A stretch of DNA of 64,000 nucleotides, taken from contig JAILXX010000005.1 of the NCBI GenBank assembly GCA_045430295.1, positions 110,893 through 174,892 of the forward strand. The letters run 5' to 3'. Below the pieces are notes generated by a model. It did no database searches. It was not told the DNA's origin and saw only the letters and a list, made by a program, of their open reading frames with translations. How positions within the stretch are numbered: position 1 is the first letter of the stretch; every line of letters starts with the position of its first letter. A program made the translations under genes and the position numbers. This document shows, in pieces, positions 58,050 through 64,000 of this stretch. Origin of the DNA: Cellvibrionaceae bacterium (GTDB taxonomy: Bacteria > Pseudomonadota > Gammaproteobacteria > Pseudomonadales > JAILXX01).

Positions 58050-59564
58050 ATGCCTCAGTCCTATATAAAACGTATTCTCGATGCCCGCATTTACGACCTT
58101 GCCGTGGAGACGCCCATCGATGTGATGTCACTCATGAGTGGTCGATTGAAAAATCATGTACTGCTCAAAAGAGAAGACTTACAGCCGGTGTTCTCATTCA
58201 AAATTCGTGGGGCTTACAACAAGCTGTTACAGCTTTCGGTGCAAGCTCGTGATCGTGGTGTTGTGGCGGCATCTGCAGGAAACCATGCCCAAGGTTTGGC
58301 CTTGGCGGCAAAACATTTAGGGGTAAAAGCCACCATTGTGATGCCTCGTACCACGCCGGCCATTAAGGTCGACGCCGTTCGTGCCCGTGGAGCCACCGTT
58401 GTACTTCATGGGGATACCTTTGATGAGGCTTCGAGTTATGCCCAATCCCTTGTGGCTGAAAAAGGGCTGACTTACATTCCGCCCTATGATGACGCGGATG
58501 TGATTGCAGGGCAGGGCACTGTGGCGATGGAAATTTTGCGTCAGCACTCGAAAGATCTTAATGCGATTTTTGTCCCGGTCGGCGGTGGTGGCCTTTGTGC
58601 AGGGGTGGCTGCTTATGTGAAGTATGTGCGCCCTGAGATTAAAGTTTTTGCTGTAGAACCTGAAGAGGCCGCGTGCTTAAAGGCAGCTCTAGAAGCTGAT
58701 GAGCGTGTTGTGTTGCCACAGGTGGGTTTGTTTGCCGATGGTGTTGCCGTAGCGCAAATTGGCGAAGAGCCTTTCCGTGTGATGAAAGGCGTTATCGACG
58801 GTGTTATTACCGCCAGTACCGATGAGATTTGCGCGGCAATTAAGGATATTTTTGAAGATACTCGCTCCATTGCCGAGCCTGCGGGGGCCTTGGCTCTGGC
58901 AGGGTTAAAAAAGTACGTAGCAGAGCAAGGCTGTGAAGGCGAGTCTTTGTTGGCTATTGATAGTGGTGCTAATACGAACTTTGACCGCTTGCGTTATATT
59001 TCTGAGCGTACGGAAGTGGGTGAGAAGCGGGAAGCGGTGTTTGCAGTCACCATTCCCGAGCGACCTGGGGCTTATTCACAATTTTGCCAAGCCTTGGGTC
59101 ATCGCAGTGTGACGGAATTTAATTATCGCTACGCAAATGATAAAGAAGCACGCATATTTGTGGGTATCCAGGTGTCGCCGGATCAAAAGGATCGGAAGAA
59201 CTTGGCTGAGGAGCTTCGCGGGCAGGGATATTCCGTGGTCGACATGACAGACAATGAGGTGGCCGCCTTACATATCCGCCATATGGTGGGAGGTCATGCC
59301 CCTCAGGTTAGTGATGAGGTTGTCTACCGCTTTGAGTTCCCAGAGCGCCCAGGTGCGTTAGTTAATTTTTTGAGTAGATTGGGAGGTCGCTGGAATATTT
59401 CCATGTTCCACTATCGCAACCATGGTTCTGCCTATGGTCGGGTGCTGGTGGGTATGCAGGTGCCTGAGTCGCAGCGCCCGGATGTGGATACTTTTCTTAA
59501 AGAGCTGGGCTATCGCTATTGGGATGAAACAGAAAATGCCGCTTATCAATTTTTCTTGGCCTAG
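58050..59564 (+). CDS. ilvA: Threonine ammonia-lyase, biosynthetic (two C-terminal ACT-like domains)
   Basis: 504 aa, the PLP site 'FSFKIRGAYN', 'GGGGL'. Confidence 0.95.
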   Translation: MPQSYIKRILDARIYDLAVETPIDVMSLMSGRLKNHVLLKREDLQPVFSFKIRGAYNKLLQLSVQARDRGVVAASAGNHAQGLALAAKHLGVKATIVMPRTTPAIKVDAVRARGATVVLHGDTFDEASSYAQSLVAEKGLTYIPPYDDADVIAGQGTVAMEILRQHSKDLNAIFVPVGGGGLCAGVAAYVKYVRPEIKVFAVEPEEAACLKAALEADERVVLPQVGLFADGVAVAQIGEEPFRVMKGVIDGVITASTDEICAAIKDIFEDTRSIAEPAGALALAGLKKYVAEQGCEGESLLAIDSGANTNFDRLRYISERTEVGEKREAVFAVTIPERPGAYSQFCQALGHRSVTEFNYRYANDKEARIFVGIQVSPDQKDRKNLAEELRGQGYSVVDMTDNEVAALHIRHMVGGHAPQVSDEVVYRFEFPERPGALVNFLSRLGGRWNISMFHYRNHGSAYGRVLVGMQVPESQRPDVDTFLKELGYRYWDETENAAYQFFLA

Positions 59565-59678
59565 AAGAATTGTAATCCCCATTTTCCAGGGAAGCCCCTA
59601 GGAAAAGTGGCGAAACGCTCATAATTGCATATAGTTGATTGAGGCGTGCGAATATCGATTCATATATAGGAAGCCCCA

Positions 59679-60044
59679 ATGGCCCGGATTTTAGCAGTAG
59701 ATGACCAGTTAGTGATGCGCGAGCTGGTGAAGCAGGTATTGGAAAATGCGGGACACGAGGTATTTCTGGCAGATAATCCTCAGCCTGCCATGGAGATCGC
59801 TAAGGTTGAGTCTTTGGATTTGATTATTACCGATATCAATATGCCTGGGGGGAGCGGGCTCAATTTAGTGGATGCGCTTCGCAAAGAGAGTAATACCCAG
59901 TTTACCCCTATTTTGATGATGACCACTGAAACTGCTGAACACAAAAAAGACCGCGCTAGAAAAAATGGCGCCTCAGGCTGGCTAGGAAAGCCGTTTGATC
60001 CACCTCGGTTGTTAGCCGCAGTACAAAAGCTCACATCGTCCTAA
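59679..60044 (+). CDS. Single-domain CheY-like response regulator
   Basis: 'ILAVDD', 'DLIITDINMPGGSG', 'PILMMTT', 'GWLGKPF'. Confidence 0.85.
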   Translation: MARILAVDDQLVMRELVKQVLENAGHEVFLADNPQPAMEIAKVESLDLIITDINMPGGSGLNLVDALRKESNTQFTPILMMTTETAEHKKDRARKNGASGWLGKPFDPPRLLAAVQKLTSS

Positions 60045-60142
60045 GCATCTTCTAAACCGTCCTCTCTCTGATCTCCTTTCCTTTTTGTGTAGGCCTTTAA
60101 GCGGGCTGCAGGGTTGTGAGATTTCTTGCAAAATGCAGGCAT

Positions 60143-60168
60143 ATTCCACCCAGAAAGTGGGAATTTTT
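60143..60168 (+). terminator. Possible terminator after the CheY-like gene
   Basis: An imperfect stem attccac(cc)/gtgggaat followed by T5. Confidence 0.4.
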
Positions 60169-60480
60169 CACATTTTCTTGAAATTTCATTTAATTTGGCG
60201 ATGAAAATCATAGAACCACTATATCTAGTGGTGTAAGTGCTTCCTTACCCTATATGCTGGGCTTAAAACTTAAGAAACTACTTTAAAAACATGGCATTTC
60301 GATGACGAGTGCATGCAAAATCAGAAAAAAATTCACTTGACACTTGCAAACGTCAAAAAAAAGTAATTATACTCTGACGTATTGACGGATTTTTGAACAG
60401 TTTCGCAGGGAATTGTGGTCTTTTTCACAGAAGCATCGACGTTGAAGCATGACAATAAAGGGCAAGATGAGGAAAACGTC

Positions 60481-60627
60481 ATGAAACCCGATATTCTTAC
60501 TATCCTGGCCTTGGTATTCGGCCTGGGTATGGCTGCTAGCTCCCTAGGGCTTACTGAGTCCCTGGCTGGTGAGCAACAGCAAAAACAGCCTGCCTCTGCA
60601 TTACATCAGGGTGTACTGACAAAGTAA
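60481..60627 (+). CDS. Small signal-peptide-like ORF (48 aa)
   Basis: ATG after a GAGGAAAA RBS. The product is 'MKPDILTILALVFGLGMAASSLGLTESLAGEQQQKQPASALHQGVLTK'. A strong terminator follows. Confidence 0.4.
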   Translation: MKPDILTILALVFGLGMAASSLGLTESLAGEQQQKQPASALHQGVLTK

Positions 60628-60690
60628 TAATCGTATTCTTCCCTGCGCTCTATGTGTAGCTGTTTGAGCGTTAATTTGAGTATTAAAAAA

Positions 60691-60717
60691 GCCGAGAGCT
60701 GTCTCTCGGCTTTTTTT
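60691..60717. terminator. Bidirectional rho-independent terminator
   Basis: gccgagag-ctgt-ctctcggc flanked by A6 and T7. Confidence 0.85.
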
Positions 60718-60751
60718 GTGGTTCAGGTTTGTGGCCGTTGTTTTGTGGTTG

Positions 60752-61369
60752 CTAAAAAGGGGGGGTTGCGTGAATAAACCTTTTCTCGGTGGCGACGCCA
60801 AAAAGAGGAACATCCCATGGCTCGACCGGTAGAGCGTCGACTTCTTGTAGGCTGTGGGCGAGGCCGATTAGGAGAGGCTTTCGTTGGAAGTTCCCGTTTT
60901 TTTGTTTAAACGCAAAACTTCGATCGTAAAACCCTCCACCCATGCCTAAACGATTTCCACGAGAGTCAAATCCCACTAAGGGCATCAACACCACATCTAG
61001 GGCGTGGTTTTGGCAGTGTTTACGTCGCTTTAAGTCTGGTTCTGGAATATTAAAGCGGTTGTGAACCAGCTTGTCGCCATTGCTGTATTCTCCGAATAAT
61101 AGTTGCCTTTGGCGGTGGGGGTGGAGGACGGGCAAATAGCATTGCTTTCCCAGTTTTTCACTGAGTGTCAGCAGAGGTAATGGTGAGATCTCCCCGTCGT
61201 TGGGGAGGTAGAGCGCAATACGTTTGGCTCTACGGAAGAAGAGCTCTTTGCTCAATGTTTTCATGAGGCCGCCTGCGGCATGGCGCTGCTGCTGATCTGT
61301 CAGGCTGTTACGGCTACTGCGTAACTGGCGGCGGAGTTCCGAGCGATTAAGGGGGCGGGTCGAAGTCAT
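60752..61369 (-). CDS. ygfA: 5-formyltetrahydrofolate cyclo-ligase
   Basis: I prefer the ATG at 61369, because the 5' 36 nt of the longer ORF overlap the 6S RNA. 'LR..R..L' N-terminus, 'GEI' and 'GMGGGFYDR'. Confidence 0.85.
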   Translation of the reverse strand: MTSTRPLNRSELRRQLRSSRNSLTDQQQRHAAGGLMKTLSKELFFRRAKRIALYLPNDGEISPLPLLTLSEKLGKQCYLPVLHPHRQRQLLFGEYSNGDKLVHNRFNIPEPDLKRRKHCQNHALDVVLMPLVGFDSRGNRLGMGGGFYDRSFAFKQKNGNFQRKPLLIGLAHSLQEVDALPVEPWDVPLFGVATEKRFIHATPPF

Positions 61370-61382
61370 AGAGAGAATAGTG

Positions 61383-61559
61383 GTTCCCGGAAGTGCCGCT
61401 GTCAATTGGGCCTTGAACCAGAAGGTTCAAGGGGCGATCTTTGTGATGCATTAGGCTTTCCGTCTCGCGGACATGCACACCAACACCAGCGAAAGATTGC
61501 CGGGATAAAGATTATCGGCTCAAGGGACGTATTGACTGGCAAGCACCCCAGGAGACTTC
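61383..61559 (-). ncRNA. ssrS: 6S RNA
   Basis: The minus strand aligns by eye to E. coli 6S: '...CCCUUGAGCCGAUAAUCUUUAUCC...', '...GCCCCUUGAACCUUCUGGUUCAAGGCCC...', and closing-stem halves GUCAAU/AUUGAC and GUGC/GCAC. A TATACT -10 lies just upstream. zapA-ssrS-ygfA synteny holds. Ends are approximate to about 10 nt. Confidence 0.85.
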
Positions 61560-61652
61560 AGTATAGCAACCTGTACTCGCAGGTTCGATATTGACTTTTC
61601 TAGAGAGGGGTTATTGGTTGGAAAGCTGATCTTAAGAGCTGATGTTGAGGGT

Positions 61653-61958
61653 TTAGCCGGAGAGCTGTTCTAGGGTTTTGCCTAAGCGAGTGTTTAGGGT
61701 TTCCAGGCGCTCGATATGTTCACCATCGGAGTGGGACTTGTCTTGTGCTTGGAGGAGTTCGTGGCAGAGGTTAAGTGCCGCCATCACTGCAATCCTTTCC
61801 AATCCCATGATGCTGCCGGAATTGCGAATATCCCGCATGCGCTCGTGCAGCAGGGATGCTGAACGTCGCAGAGCATCTCGCTCTTCTTCTGGGCATACCA
61901 CCTGATATTCCTTGTCGAGAATGTTCACGGTGACTGTGTTGGATTGGTTAGGGCTCAT
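61653..61958 (-). CDS. zapA: Cell division protein ZapA
   Basis: 101 aa, 'VNILDKEYQV.CPEEE...L..A...L' and 'AVMAALNL.HEL'. Confidence 0.9.
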   Translation of the reverse strand: MSPNQSNTVTVNILDKEYQVVCPEEERDALRRSASLLHERMRDIRNSGSIMGLERIAVMAALNLCHELLQAQDKSHSDGEHIERLETLNTRLGKTLEQLSG

Positions 61959-61987
61959 AGTGGCTCGCTGTTAGGTCCTTATGCGGA

Positions 61988-62197
61988 TCAGGCATCCTGT
62001 TCAAGACTTTTTAAACGCAGAATCATGGCTTCTACACGGGTCTTTGCTAGTTCGTTTTTTTCTACCAATTTGGCTCGTTCTTTCAGTAACTGTTGCTCGC
62101 GATCTTTCAGGGAGGCATTTTCTCCCATCATGCGTTCACAGTGAACAATGAGCTGATTAACTTGGCTTTCGAGTTCGGTAATTTGTTGTTGTGACAT
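61988..62197 (-). CDS. ZapB-like coiled-coil protein (the type found upstream of zapA in pseudomonads)
   Basis: About 69 aa of continuous heptad-rich sequence, 'ELESQVNQLI...ENASLK...LLKERAKLVEKNELAKTRVEAMILRLKSLE'. I prefer the ATG at 62197. Confidence 0.7.
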   Translation of the reverse strand: MSQQQITELESQVNQLIVHCERMMGENASLKDREQQLLKERAKLVEKNELAKTRVEAMILRLKSLEQDA

Positions 62198-62399
62198 GTT
62201 ATTTCTTACCAAAGGATACTGTGAGTAGGTCCCTACGCTCGGTTACTATATTGTGCCCTCTCAGTATGGTCAATGATTACGACTACGTCATGTTTTTTAC
62301 TTGGGATGAGGATTTCCTGGGTTCTTTAGGCATAGGGGCGAAAGGGGCATCTGTGATAGCATATGGCCTTTAATCTCCTGCCAGACAAGGGCTTGCTCA

Positions 62400-63056
62400 A
62401 TGACCGATTCCTCCCAACCCATCGACTTCGACAGCTGGTGTAATTTACTGGTTGTGTTGGATACCATCAGTAGCCCAGCAGAACTTCATGGTGCGCTAGT
62501 GGGTATGCTCTGCGGTGGGCGCAGCTTGAAAACGGAAGAATGGCAGGCTTGGGCATTGGAATTTTTGGACGCACAAAAAGAACCACAAGAAGATTGTCTT
62601 GAGGCTTTGGGCCAAATGTTACGGGAAGCCAAAGGTGATTTGGACGATGCTCAATTTGGGTTCAATTTATTATTACCGGATGACGATACGGAGTTAGCGG
62701 TGCGTATTCACGCCATGGCGGAATGGTGTGAAGGCTTTTTGGTGGGCTTCGGGAATGCGGGTATTGCGGAAGCCCATCAATTCAGTGACGAATCGGCAGA
62801 AACCTTGCGAGATATTTCCAGCATTACTCAGATCGCCGATGACGAATTAGAAACTGATGCCGAAAATGACCTCAACGAACTGATGGAATATTTGCGGGTC
62901 GCGGCCATGAATTTATACGCAGAGTTTAACGGCGAAAAACCAGTCAGTTCCACCTCTAAAGCCAGCCCCAATACTAATCTCAGCCCCAATCCTTCTTCGC
63001 AAAGTCAGTCATCAAACAATAGCGTCGCTAATTTGTTTGGGAAAAAACTACACTAA
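62400..63056 (+). CDS. ygfB: UPF0149 family protein YgfB
   Basis: 'ELHGALVGMLCGG' and 'WCEGFL.GFG'. Upstream of pepP, as in E. coli. Confidence 0.85.
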   Translation: MTDSSQPIDFDSWCNLLVVLDTISSPAELHGALVGMLCGGRSLKTEEWQAWALEFLDAQKEPQEDCLEALGQMLREAKGDLDDAQFGFNLLLPDDDTELAVRIHAMAEWCEGFLVGFGNAGIAEAHQFSDESAETLRDISSITQIADDELETDAENDLNELMEYLRVAAMNLYAEFNGEKPVSSTSKASPNTNLSPNPSSQSQSSNNSVANLFGKKLH

Positions 63057-63076
63057 TTATCGCAAGCGTAAATGTC

Positions 63077-64000
63077 ATGAGTCGGGAAAAACTGAAAATA
63101 ACAAAAACAGAATTTGCTCGCCGCCGTAAACAGCTAATGGCACAGTTAGAACCTAATAGTATTGCTATTGTGCCGACCGGCGATCTTAGAAGTCGTAGTC
63201 GCGATACAGAGTATCACTTTCGTCATGATAGTGATTTTTATTATCTGTCAGGTTTTCATGAACCCGAAGCGGTTCTTGTGTTGGTGCCTAAGCGTAAGCA
63301 CGGTGAATATATTTTATTCTGCCGAGAACGCGATGAAGAGCGAGAATTGTGGGACGGTCTTCGCGTAGGACCGGAAGGCTCCATTGAACAGTACGGTGCT
63401 GACGATGCTTTTCCCATTGACGATATTGATGAAATTTTGCCTGGGCTCTTAGAAGGCCGTGAGCGTGTTTATTATTCTCTAGGGCGTAATTCTGCTTTTG
63501 ATCAGCAAGTCATGGAGTGGGTGAATGCTATTAGGGCAAAAGTGCGCAGTGGTGCCACACCTCCTGGAGAATTTTTAGATCTAGATCATTTGCTGCACGA
63601 CATGCGTTTGGTAAAAAGTGCTGCTGAGCAGCGACTTATGAAAAAAGCGGCAGAAATTTCCGCGGACGCCCATGTGCGCGCAATGAAATATTGCCAGCCT
63701 GGGCAATATGAATATGAGCTGGAAGCTGAAATTAAGCACGAGTTTGCCTCGCGAGGTGCTCGTCATGAGGCCTATAACTCTATTGTGGGTGCCGGTAAAA
63801 ATAGCTGTATCTTGCACTACATCGAAAACGACTCTGTGATGAAAGAGGGTGATCTAGTCTTAATCGATGCGGGTTGTGAATTCGAAAGTTATGCCGCAGA
63901 TATCACCCGAACCTTTCCCGTGAACGGTACTTACAGTAAAGAACAGCGAGCACTTTACAACATCGTTTTAGAAGCGAATCGTGCCGCTATTGCAGCGGTG
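63077..64000 (+). CDS. pepP: Xaa-Pro aminopeptidase (3' end outside window)
   Basis: The frame is open from the ATG at 63077 to the window edge. 'YHFRHDSDFYYLSGF', 'YNSIVGAGKNSCILHY', 'DAGCE...YAADITRTFPV'. Confidence 0.9.
   Translation, partial: MSREKLKITKTEFARRRKQLMAQLEPNSIAIVPTGDLRSRSRDTEYHFRHDSDFYYLSGFHEPEAVLVLVPKRKHGEYILFCRERDEERELWDGLRVGPEGSIEQYGADDAFPIDDIDEILPGLLEGRERVYYSLGRNSAFDQQVMEWVNAIRAKVRSGATPPGEFLDLDHLLHDMRLVKSAAEQRLMKKAAEISADAHVRAMKYCQPGQYEYELEAEIKHEFASRGARHEAYNSIVGAGKNSCILHYIENDSVMKEGDLVLIDAGCEFESYAADITRTFPVNGTYSKEQRALYNIVLEANRAAIAAV

Noticed and set aside
61406-61594. 62-aa ORF on the plus strand
   Set aside because: It lies antisense to the 6S RNA, which explains the sequence better.
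1-64000. CRISPR arrays, rRNA genes, IS elements/transposases, reverse transcriptases, complete prophage
   Set aside because: No regularly spaced direct-repeat array was seen. No rRNA-like sequence was seen. No transposase, RT or phage structural motifs appear in any listed ORF.

Overview
The window looks like a chromosomal segment of a gammaproteobacterium, probably marine. That taxon call is inferred from gene order only: mutY-yggX, hisB-hisH-hisF, gpmI-envC-ctpA-yibQ, rhodanese-grxC-secB, glnA-ntrBC, tkt-epd-pgk-fba, and zapA-6S RNA-ygfA opposite ygfB-pepP. About 90% of the window is ordinary, densely packed housekeeping DNA. All product names come from motifs I recognise by eye; I ran no database search.

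The clearest accessory element is a roughly 5-kb integrative island in tRNA-Phe. It has an exact 48-bp att duplication (1151-1198 = 6207-6254). It carries a tyrosine integrase, an AlpA/excisionase-type protein, two small winged-helix-like proteins and four ORFans. My best candidate for an undescribed system is inside it: a two-gene cassette (a 65-101 aa protein plus a 239-aa membrane protein, 5141-6172) wedged between the tRNA and int. Any defence or addiction role is hypothesis only.

Other points worth a second look:
- A chemoreceptor with a periplasmic CxxCH haem-c motif, translationally coupled to a secreted EEP-family nuclease/phosphatase.
- A hisH-hisF gap that lacks hisA and is filled with nested REP-like palindromes.
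- An orphan response regulator with an unrecognised output domain of about 250 aa.
- A four-gene glucosylglycerate-type compatible-solute operon behind a near-consensus sigma-54 promoter, in the same window as glnA-ntrBC.
- A duplicated box pair, C(A/G)TCCAAC-N13-CGTCCAAC, about 32 nt upstream of both pgk and fba.
- An AT-rich two-gene insertion between hemH and serA.
- A CheY-like gene followed by a long AT-rich spacer and a 48-aa signal-peptide-like ORF.
- A 6S RNA that the ORF track mis-renders as a 62-aa ORF.

I saw no CRISPR array, rRNA, transposase or complete prophage.
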